Shown here one piece after another: positions 53,679 to 64,000 of a stretch of 64,000 nt of DNA. Both the position numbers and the translations under genes were made by a program. The stretch lies in contig NIVC01000152.1 of the NCBI GenBank assembly GCA_002269645.1, positions 868,001 through 932,000 on the forward strand, in the 5' to 3' direction. Origin of the DNA: Macrostomum lignano. Taxonomy: Eukaryota. Each line of letters opens with the position of its first letter. The first letter of the stretch is position 1. The notes below the pieces were generated by a model that worked only from the letters and a program-made list of their open reading frames with translations, was not told where the DNA came from and searched no databases.

Positions 53679-54981
53679 TCAGTTGGCGCCACGGTCGCCC
53701 TGGCGGCAGAGCTCCAGCATGCACTCCTCCGAAGCCTCATCGATGCCGCTAGCCTGCAGCTCCTTGAAGATGCCCTGCAGTTTGTTCTTCAACTCAACCT
53801 TGGACGAGGCGATCAGCATCTTCTGTCTGATTGGGATGCCGTCGGGACCCCTGGACACAGTGGAAATCAATTAATGCATTGTATTTTTAGATTCTAGAAG
53901 AAAGATCCCAATTATTGGGTTGAAGCGGGTTAGACTTCGGTCGAGAGTTTTCCCTCACTAGAAATCTCAGATCATTGTGGATCCCACCAACTGATGCCTA
54001 TCAATGGGGATCCCACCAACTGATGCCTATCAATGGGGATCCCACCAACTGATGCCTATCATTGGGGAATCCCAACAACTGATGCCTATCATTGGGAATC
54101 CTAACAACTGATGCCTATCATTGGGAATCCCAACAACTGATGCCTATCATTGGGGAATCCTAACAACTGATGCCTATTATTGGGAATCCCAACAACTGAT
54201 GCCTATCATTGGGAATCCTAACAACTGATGCCTATTATTGGGGAATCCCAACAACTGATACTTATTATTAGGGAATCTCAACAACTGATGCCTATCATTG
54301 GGGATCCCACCAACTGATGCCTATCATTAGGAATCCCAACAACTGATGCCTATTATTGGGGAATCCCAACAACTGATGCCTATCATTGGGGATCCCATCA
54401 ACACACAGTTAAAAAGGCAAAACAACTAACCAAGACACAAAAAACGAGCCGGCTGCGCTTTTGCTTGGACTCTTCAAATTCGAAGACCAAGTCATAAACG
54501 GCATAGCAGCCAACTTTCCTGTTCACCGAGTCCTTCAGATCTTCTATGAATTCATTGTAGGTGGCGTCAGCTGGGGCCTTTTTCAAAACGCCAATCTCCT
54601 TGTCATTATTGACAAAGCCAAACAGCAGATACCTGTAGCAGTGGTTGGTCTTGATCTCCTGGAAGGTGTCAAGCACCTCCTGCTGAACTTTCACTCCGGA
54701 AGCCATGCAATAAATTGGGTTAGAAATAAGTTAACAAAATCTTACTCAAACTGCTTCATATGCAACAAATACCTTGTAGTTTTTGAAAAATTATTTTTCA
54801 TTTTTCTAAATTAAATATAGTAAAACAAAGCAATTCATTCAATTAAATGCTTGAAATTTATACTAAGAATTTTATTTGGTTGATTTAAACAAAAAATAAA
54901 CACTAGAACAAAAGAACTAATCATTTAATCAAATCCACTAAAATATGAGCCTAAACTTATTAATGGCATAACTTTTACCAT
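53679..54981 (-). CDS. ADF/cofilin, ~148 aa (assembled sequence carries apparent 1-bp lesions)
   Basis: (M)ASGVKVQQEVLDTFQEIK...YRYLLF...CYAVYDLVF...RLVF(VSW)GPDGIPIRQKMLIASSK...KELQA. Model: ATG at 54981-54979 | intron | 54703..54431 | intron | 53850..53679, or the ATG at 54706. Needs one T removed from the T6 run (a54439-54444) to keep frame. Confidence 0.88.
53980..54398. repeat. Intronic minisatellite, 29-30 bp unit cccaacaactgatgcctatcattggggaat
   Basis: ~14 copies in the cofilin intron 53851-54430. Confidence 0.95.
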
Positions 54982-57900
54982 ATTGACAAGTTTTTATCCA
55001 AATAAACATTCAACATTTTAATTGCAACCTGAAAATTAGATCAAAAAGACGATTTTTAGTATATAGATGTGGAACTAAACTAAAAATTTAAGTCTTATGT
55101 CTCTAATAATATTATTATCAAGTCTTTTATTACATAAAAATTGAATAGATAATAAGTTTAATACAAACATTAATATTATATATATATATACTAACTTTGT
55201 CATAGTTTTAATTGAAATTCTAAAAAATGCAACCTAGTTTTTCAACACATTGATCCCTAATCCTTTTTGTGACTTCCTAATCTTTTTGCAACCTAGTCTG
55301 CTTTTTTTGTTTATTCTTTTTAATTTGTGCTATTTACCTGTTTTTGTTTTGCTTTTTTGTAGTACCTTTTTAATTTTTCTTTATCTTTCTATGCTAGTCT
55401 TCTTTTACACTTTTGATTATCAATTTTATAACTTAACCTTATAGTTTATATCAGCCAAATCAGCTGGGTTGGCTAGTAGTGCAATTGCAAAAACAGTTAT
55501 AGATGCCTTATATGGAATGTTTTAAATCGATAACAGTCTAATTTAAGTAAAAATGGCTTGACAAGACTTAATGTTTATAGCAAAAAAAGGATAGGCCATT
55601 GCCAAAATTTTATTCTTATATACACTTGCTACCTTAAATATGGCATACACTTTTTTATTATGTATACCTCTATATTACTTTTGTTTCTATTATTTATTCT
55701 ATTAAGCCTATTTTAATATTTGCTACCTTGGGTTTAGCAGTTAATGTGGATAAAGTTTTCATTAAACAAATTTGATTGCAAAGGATGAAGGTTTGAATGG
55801 TTTGAAGGATTGAATGGTCCAAAGGCAAAATGCCTATAGAAAAACAGTTAGAGGTCAATAGTAGGTCTATTTATATAGTCATTTTGTCTCTTATCAAGTT
55901 AACTGCTAGTTGACAAACTTAATATTTATTAATTAGTACTTAAAAGATTGATTAATATATGCATAATTGTTTACATAAAAAACTATTTTAAAATAGGGCT
56001 TGGCTTAGGCCTAGTTTTCTTATACTTAGTGAAACATCATTTGAAGAGCCAATGTTATGCCTTTTTCAATTTTAATTGTGATTTCTCAATATATTTTGTT
56101 TGTACCTATCAAAGTCTTTCTTTCTCTTACAAAATGACAATAGACAAAACAATCTACACCTATAGGTTTAAATACTAACCAATTTGGCAATAGAGATTTA
56201 CATTGGACACATTTGGCAAAAAAGTAAATTCAGCAACAATCTTGTTGAATTGAGTAGTAATAAAGGAAACAATGGTATATCTTATTATTTAGTATAATCA
56301 TATCAATCAATATGTATTAACTTTGCTTTCTACCCAAGTTTGTTTCATCTATTTTTTACCATAAACTTTCTAAATATACTTTTTAAGAAATGTTTATTCA
56401 TTCTTATAGCCAATATAACTTATAGCCAAAGAAAATAAATTGTAAACTACAAAATTTTATAATTCTAAAGTTAGTTTTAGAGATATATACAGAGACATAT
56501 ATAACTTTTAAGGCATTTTAATTTGAATTTAAATTAAATAATATCATTTTTATTTTTTAGCTGACATGCACTTAATCAAAACTTTTTGGCATACATAGTT
56601 ATTGGTATACGTTTGTAATTGTTCAATTTTTGTTTGGCCATACACTTTGCATAATTTAGAATATGGTGGTTATTGATTCAAGGCCATAGTTTAGAATGAC
56701 ATATATGCCAGGATTTCCCAGTATACAATAAAGGTACTTACTATTTTTCAGCATATAGCAAGCATATCCCAATGTACATAACATAGTAGATACATTGTGT
56801 CAATGGCAATTTTTTTGCATTGGCATACAACCTTGCATACAAATGAGGTCTTGTAATTTTTCCGATATTAAACCTGGTATATACTAATATATAATCTAAA
56901 CTATAGATTCAAGGTAGGCCTAAACATTGTAGAAAATATAGGCCCCCTTATTAGATTATAATTAAAAAATTTTATAACTTCTTTAAGTTTAATACATACA
57001 AAAATGAAACATTTTTTTAATTTAAAATATTTTTTGCCTTTAATATATCTTTTAAAATTTATTATCACTACACTAACAATAGGGGCCTAAATAAAAATTA
57101 TTTTTTTTTACTAAATTTCAGCTTATATAAGCGCTAGTGCTTAATTAAAACAAAAGGTAACAAGTCAATTTGACAAAAGTTGATTTGCCAAAAGTCAATT
57201 TTTTAAAAGCAGGTTGTTTCACCAAAAGTTGTTTTGCCAAAAAATGACCAAATAAATAAATAAAATAAAATAAATAAAGAAATAAAATTGTAAATGTTAG
57301 ATTTAAAACATGTATTTTGTAAATTGACTTTTTCTAAAAGTTTTTTTGGCAAATCATCAAGTATTCATTTAAAATGATTACATTTTGGTTTAAAAGTAAA
57401 ATTCTTTCCTAATGCAGAGTGCATAGGCCTATGCACATTTATTAGTCCAAAAAGTGTTTTTGCACAGTTGATATGATCAACCTAGGCCTAGGCCTTTATC
57501 TTCATAAAAAATTGCAACTTTTAGACCTAGTCTAGACTCTAGCCTATCATTTAAATCTAAAGGCATTGGACACGAATAGAATATAAAGTGTAACAGTAGG
57601 CCTAGCCTAGTAAACTGCAGAGGTTAAAAAAATCATTAACAATTAAAAAGCAAACCAAGTTATTTCGTCGTTAAGGAGAATGCAGACTAATTTTGCAAAG
57701 TGTTATTTTTAGTGCGCACATACGTCGTATGTAATTAAATTTATAAAATTAGAATTGCTGCTCCGATCATGCTGATGCATACATCTGACTAATCATATAC
57801 ATACGACCATGCGTGCGGAATTCAGAGTTCTGCAGTTGAAGAAGAATAGAAGATGGGTTTATAGCTGTCCCAAGATAGGAAATATTCGCTTTTTAAAACA

Positions 57901-58487
57901 TTATATGTAGCATGGTCCTGTTTAACAAAGTAAAAAAACGTTATAAAAAGTTAAAACTCTAAAAATTAACTTGAAAATAATACAAAAATACAAAATAATT
58001 TTTTCTTTACACACATGTAGCCAAAAAATCTAAATTTAATTCACAACAAAAGATATTTTGAATTGTTTATCGTTCATTCCGTCCGTCGGTGATGCGTCGT
58101 CACTACTCGGCAGCATGTTCATACCTCCCGTTCAAGAAAAAATTAGGATTAATATTTAATTAAGGATTAATTAGGATTAGGTTTATATATTTATAGTTAA
58201 TTTAACGTGGTAACTATTAAATTTAAAAAAGCAATATAAACTTAAACATAATTAAATTTTTGAGTATTAAACTGTAGTGTTTAACTTTAACAAATTAACA
58301 ATGAAAGTAAAAACACTTTATTAAGCTTATTATGTTTATTAAGCAAAGATTTAAAATCATTATTACTTCCGTACTTATTTCAGAAGTATGACCCTATTTG
58401 CCTTATGCATACAGGTGTTTTGGCATTTCGTCCATATGTCCATATTTTGATTTTTGGGCAATCCTTCAGTTTCCCGCTCTAAATTAT

Positions 58488-58886
58488 CAAAGAGCTTGCG
58501 TGCACGGCAGCCGTTCACGTAAGCTCAGAATTGCGTGCACGGCGGCTATCTACCTAGTGCTTTATTTGCATGTATGCAGCCGTCCACCTAGTGTTGTGAT
58601 TGCGTGCACGGCAGCCGGCAATTGGCCGGGACTGGGGCCCTTAAATCCATGCATTGGCATTGGCAAACCTAATTAAAAAATATTTTTACTATATTGTTTT
58701 ATAATGTTTTATTCCCCGTACACCATGGACGGACTGCAAATGTAATCTTAATTCATTGTTATTTTTGTTAACTTGAATATTAATTCGAATAGTATATGAC
58801 TTACTATATAAGCCTATAAGATATAGCTCTGCCGTGCACGCAATTCTGAGCTTACGTGAACGGCGGCCGTGCACGCAAGCTCTTCG
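58488..58886. mobile_element. MULE-like MITE, 9-bp TSD ctaaattat
   Basis: ~55-bp TIR aagagcttgcgtgcacggc.gccgttcacgtaagctcagaattgcgtgcacggc. Exact TSD at 58479-58487 and 58887-58895. Confidence 0.87.
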
Positions 58887-59239
58887 CTAAATTATTTAAA
58901 CCCCTTTTTGAACATTCAGAGTCTGACTAGCTCACAGAGTTCTTGCAAGAGTTAAAAGAGTTCTACATAGGGTAGTAGTGTGTTATCCAGTAGAGGATAT
59001 TGCCAAAGTGCTGATGGGGGAAAGCTCGGCAAATGGTTGACCATCAGATGGTTGGCCAACGTGTTGTAGGTGGCCTATTGGTCCAGGGTTTAAATAATTT
59101 AGAGCGGGAAACCAAAGGATCGCTGTTAGGCCTAGTTCAAGCCAAGGGCTAGGCAAACCTCTTGATTTAGCACAATCTACCTATAAGCTATGTTGAGGCA
59201 AAAGGTTGTCCACCAGCCATTTTTAAGTAGAAACCACTT

Positions 59240-59560
59240 ATTTGCAGTATTTGCAGCTTAGCAGCAAAATATTTCTAACCCCAAATTGGAAAATCCCTCT
59301 TTTTAAAGCCACATGGTACAAACTAAATTGCAGAAATGGTTTAGTCTTTCCCTATTTTCCTTAACTAGCTTTGTGCGACTAACATCCAGCATGTGGCCAA
59401 TATTCATTCTAGATAGCAGGGCATTGGCTTTGATCACAAAGTCACTTCTGTGGTAGTCACACTGCAAATGTTTCTTCAACTTTGTTGTGATAACATTGAA
59501 CTTAGTGCATAAAGGCATGGATTATTTGCCCATAGATGGCAAAGTTGGTTGGAAGAAAGA
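59240..59560 (-). pseudogene. Degraded hAT (ZMYM1/DUF4371-like) transposase remnant
   Basis: KLKKHLQCDYH...TKLVKENRERLNHF, followed after a frameshift by CGFKKRDFPIWG, resembles the KHxxSxxH...ENRxxL...LCGRQxIxLRGH signature. Heavily decayed. Confidence 0.45.
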
Positions 59561-60667
59561 GAATGCAATACCTGAAGGTAAGAGAAATGGTTAGAATGGT
59601 AAGAGTAAGTATTAAGTCCATGCCTCAAGACTAGATCCAGATGTTGAGAGTACAATAATATCAATCTAGAATAGATAGGCCTTATCTGTCAACATGATTC
59701 TGTTTCACTTCCTCTTCCTCTTGCCTTTGGGTTCTTGTTTATATAGGCATAGCAATCATCTTTCCCTAGGCTTAAGTGTTATTTGTTTTAATTTGCCCAA
59801 CAATTTATTTAAACAAAGGCTCAATTTCCATTGGCTATTAGCCTCAATCTCCCTGTTGACCATTCCTAGCCTTCCTTTGATAGCTAAAATCTAATTAGCT
59901 AGTCTACTCATCTTTTTCTCATCCAATGAAGTCCCAACTTGTTTGCTTTGGTTTTGTCCCTTACCTTTGCTATCAACTTCCCTTAGGCCCCCTACTTAGT
60001 ACTTTAGTTCTTCTATATAATAGATTCTATACAGAGACTAGCCTTTTCAGATAGCATTGGCATCTACAAGCTATTTGGGGGCTTGGTCTAATTGCACATG
60101 TTATACCTTTTAGCTGGTATTATGTCATCTTGTTCCTTATTTTGCTCATCGCTTTCTTATTTCCTCACTTTCTTTCTCTTTCATGCTCAAGCTCCGATTC
60201 TTCTCCCTTTCCACTTTCCTCAATCTCTTCTTTCAAGCTGTTATACTTGGTATTCTCTCCTTTGCTTCCTTCCTTTCTAATTTCTACTTCTGTGCCTACC
60301 TCTAAATCACTTCCTCATTAAATTATTTCTATCATAGAACTTGCATTGCCAATTAATTTAGCCTTCATCATCTGATAATGATGGCTCTACTTCTTGTTTA
60401 TTGATCTTCTTAGTTGATCTAATTTTTGTCTTCTTCCTAGGCTGGCTTCCCTTGCAAATTGCCTTTGTCCCTTGGCCTCCCATGCCTTGAAGCTTTGCAG
60501 TTGGCATACTGGGCTGGTGCTTGGCTTCCCTTATCTATTCATTCTTTCACTGAATTCAATACTAGTGTCATGTTGTCTCAGTGCACTACTAAGTTTATTA
60601 CCTAATACTTCACTATTCTCTTCTTTCTAAATTTAAAAAACTATATATCCAAAATTTGCTTTAGCAC

Positions 60668-61066
60668 TAGAGGTTGGATGGGATCCCGATCCCGATCCCG
60701 AAATCTCGGGATTCCGAGGAAAATTGAATTCCCGTGGGACCAGAATCCCGACCCTAAAAAACTCGAGATTCGGGAACAGGTCTTTCGATTAATAATTTAT
60801 AGAATTAGTGATTACTTGAAGGTATTTTGCTTTAACTTGTACTCGTTACATTATTTACTTTGTTGGTTACAAAATTTCATATCAATTTCGTTGTGTTTTA
60901 CTTCTTGATCTTGACAATCTTTTCTCAATTTTGTTTAACTTTACATGGACAATACACTAAAAGACCTGATCCCGATTCCCGAATCTCGATCCCGATCCCA
61001 ATCCCGAGAAAAAAATTATTCCCGATCCTGATCCTACCCGAAGATTTCAATCCTGTCCGACCTCTA
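60668..61066. mobile_element. hAT MITE, 8-bp TSD tttagcac
   Basis: TIR tagaggttggatggga / tcctgtccgacctcta. Exact TSD at 60660-60667 and 61067-61074. Internal gatccc arrays. Confidence 0.87.
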
Positions 61067-61161
61067 TTTAGCACTCTATAAGCTGCTCTTCTCTTTCTAT
61101 GAAACTTGTGCAATTCCTCGTTCTCTAGTTGCAGATTGTTGATCAGCACCAAACTTCTTAG

Positions 61162-62370
61162 TAGGGGTCGGATGTGATCACGATTGTGATCACAATTTTG
61201 TGAATTCACGACCATTTTTTTCACGATTGTTATTTCCTTGAAACCCATTCACGACCGCTTCCGGACATTTGCCCTCCGGCACTTCCCCTCCGGCACTTGC
61301 CCTCCGGCACTTCCCCTCGGCGGCGTTTGCCCTCCGGACATTTGCCCTCCGGGACATTTCCCCTCCGGACATTTGCCCTCCGGACATTTCCCCTCGGGGA
61401 CATTTGCCCTCGGGGACATTTGCCCTCCGGACATTTGCCCTCCGGCACTTCCCCTCCGGCACTTGCCCTCCGGCACTTCCCCTCGGCGGCGTTTGCCCTC
61501 CGGACATTTGCCCTCCGGGACATTTCCCCTCCGGACATTTGCCCTCCGGACATTTCCCCTCGGGGACATTTGCCCTCGGGGACATTTGCCCTCCGGACAT
61601 TTGCCCTCCGGACATTTGCCCTCTGGACATTTCCCCTCCGCACATTTGCCCTCTGCAAATTTACCCCCTCGCACATTACTCACCTCACCTCCTCCTGTAC
61701 CCACCCGTCGTTCCTCCAGCACCAACCTCATCCTCCCGCCTCTTGCATCCATCAGGTTCTTCTCCAGCCAACAACTCATCCTTTTCTAGTAAGCAATATA
61801 TACCCGCGCCCTACCCTATCCCCAGCCTTACCTGTAATTTTCCAGAGGGGAAATGTCCGGAGGGCAAATGTCCGGAGGGGAAATGTCCCCAAGGGCAAAT
61901 GTCCCCGAGGGCAAATGTCCGGAGGGCAAATGTCCCCGAGGGCAAATGTCCTCGAGGGCAAATGTCCTCAAGGGCAAATGTCCGGAGGGGAAATGCCGGA
62001 GGGCAAATGTCCGGAGGGCAAATGCCGGAGGGCAAATGTCCGGTAGCCATTTACGACAGTCGTGAATTTCCGCTTTATTACATTTTTATTAGAAGTATAA
62101 CTTTTCTAGTTGGTTTACCAAAATATATGAACACACATGTGTAAAAGAGTAATAAATTTTAATTTTGTTGACTTGACAGCATTACTGAGTACTATTATCA
62201 ATTTATAAATATTTCTTTTCTTGTTTTGTTATTTTCAACACTTGTAACTTACGAGCTCAAAATATGTGTATGCAAATATAAATTCACAATCACAATCACG
62301 ATCACGCCCGACTTTAAAAATTTTACGAAATTTCATGCCCGACCAAATTTTTCTGCTCATCCGACCTCTA
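61162..62370. mobile_element. Non-autonomous hAT element, 8-bp TSD cttcttag
   Basis: TIR taggggtcggatg / catccgacctcta. Exact TSD at 61154-61161 and 62371-62378. Confidence 0.87.
61256..62048. mobile_element. Foldback/MULE-like element with tandem-repeat arms, nested in the hAT element
   Basis: Arrays of ggacattt(g/c)ccctcc at 61260-61650, inverted at 61845-62043. 9-bp flanks attcacgac (61247-61255) and atttacgac (62049-62057), one mismatch. Confidence 0.75.
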
Positions 62371-62806
62371 CTTCTTAGTTCAATGTTAGTATAGCATATT
62401 GGTTAGGTAGGTAGATATAGATATCAACTTTAATGTATTATGATAGACATATTGCTTTCTTAGTTGCTAGCATTCAGAATGTCAACTCTTGGGGCTTATG
62501 GCCATAGTCTTTGTTCCTCTTTATATATATATATATAGGTTGGTCTGCATTGCCATTGTTTATACCTTTTTGCATTGCTGATACACTACCAGTGAATGAT
62601 AGCTAGCTTCTAAAATTTTAACCTCTAAAATCAAACTGGCCAACACACTATGTAAAGTTTTGATTGAAAAAATTGATTACTAGAAAGCTGTTAACTTTTG
62701 ACTTGGCCAATAACAAATAAATATAATAAGATTCTATGCTATACTACAAAGTTCCCTTTTCTTATAACAATCTCACATTCTTAAAGATAATTTTGCACTA
62801 GATATA

Positions 62807-63425
62807 CAAGAGTTGTCCCAGAAATAGTGGGAAAACTGGTATAGAGGCTGACTGTGATATTCAAATTTGATGCAATCTGTGTCATAAGTAGAAAAAATCC
62901 AACTGTTATTTTGCTTTTTAAATGGAGTAAAAATGTCAATTCATTCAAAAGTTATGCCTATAATTAGAACAAGGGGTAGGGGGTAAAGTTACACCAAGTT
63001 GAGGGGTCTGCAAAGTCAGTCACACAGCATTGCCATTGCCCTTGACTAATGACTTTTTGACAAAGTCATTCCTCAGCCTGCAGCTGTTCTGCTTCTGCTT
63101 CTGCTTCAGATTAGCTTCTGCTTTTTTTGAGAGCTTATGTGCTCTTTTGTTTCTCTTCAGCTTCTTTGTTTGCTTTTGATGGTTCTGACTAAACATCAAA
63201 AGTTTAATCTATGGCCAGCATAGTAGGCTCAATTTGGTGTAACTCTACCCCTACCCCTTGTTCTAATTATAGGCATAACTTTTGAATGAATTGACATTTT
63301 TACCCCATTTAAAAAGCAAAACAACCGTTGGATTTTTTCTACTTATGAAACAAGTTGCATCAAATTTAAATATCACAGTCAGCCTCTGTACTGGTTTTTC
63401 CCACTATTTCTGGGACAGCCCTTTG
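62807..63425. mobile_element. Tc1/mariner-type MITE, ~200-bp TIRs, TA TSD
   Basis: ta|caagagttgtcccagaaatagtggg ... cccactatttctgggacagccctttg|ta. Confidence 0.88.
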
Positions 63426-64000
63426 TATATGTAAACATATAATGTGTTAATATAAGAATGTTATAATTTGTTACCATTAATTTTATCTTCCTAAAGTATA
63501 AGACTTTTCTCACGCGATTTAAAAAAATATTTTTTGTCACTAGTCTAATAAAGCAAACAGTTTCTAGAAAAAATATTTGGCCATTTCAACCAGTTAAAAA
63601 CCTGATAGAAGTTAATTTGTCCTACAATCATTTGTCTAGGTCACAGTCAAATCAAAGCAAATAAACAAATCCAGACACTTACTGAAAAGTAGGAAAGTTT
63701 GTCAAATTTGTCATATTATTTGTCATTTTCTTCAACCACACACAACTGTCTTGAAATTTTTTATTAAGCATCAAAAAAGTCCTTCAATTTGTCTCAGATT
63801 ATGGTAGCTGCTATAGTGATGCTTCTCTTTAAAAATTGCTTTCTATTATCTATAGTAAAAAGATCAATTTATAGCTGGTAGTTAGCTAAAGCCTAAAAAT
63901 CTGTTAAGATCTTTTGTTAATTCTTCACAATGTATCTTTAACTCATCTAGATTATTTACGTGTTCCTATCTGCACATATTGAGTTTAAAGGCATTATGCC

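Noticed and set aside
61190-62144. EGKCP / GHLPS repeat ORFs of 150-290 aa
   Set aside because: They are translations of the tandem arms of a foldback element, open in several frames on both strands.

Overview
Animal genomic DNA with spliceosomal introns. GC-rich exons sit in AT-rich, CpG-poor, repeat-dense intergenic DNA. The source is most likely the flatworm Macrostomum lignano (inferred from composition and minisatellite-filled introns, not proven). Five multi-exon genes could be assembled by hand using GT-AG junctions: a PBX/extradenticle TALE homeobox gene (+, 18408-21430), a RING-coiled coil-6xNHL (NHL-1/abba-like TRIM-NHL) gene (-, 30785-23754), kappaB-Ras/NKIRAS (-, 33896-32545), NELF-E (+, 46301-51964) and ADF/cofilin (-, 54981-53679). 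The rest is DNA transposons and minisatellites, and most long ORFs in the supplied track are repeat artefacts. The transposons include a three-level nest of Mutator-like elements, each with its own 9-bp TSD, hAT/Tc1/MULE MITEs, mariner, RTE and hAT remnants, and an intronic composite holding an internally deleted Crypton plus an IS630/Tc1 HTH fragment. The most striking signal: at the expected 5-prime acceptors of cofilin and NKIRAS the sequence reads TTGCATG instead of TTGCAG. At cofilin, 16 of 17 nt match the AUG-ending 3-prime end of the Macrostomum spliced leader as I recall it. This points either to spliced-leader sequence written into the genome or to an RNA-polishing artefact in the assembly. 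No CRISPR array, rRNA or bona fide tRNA gene was found.
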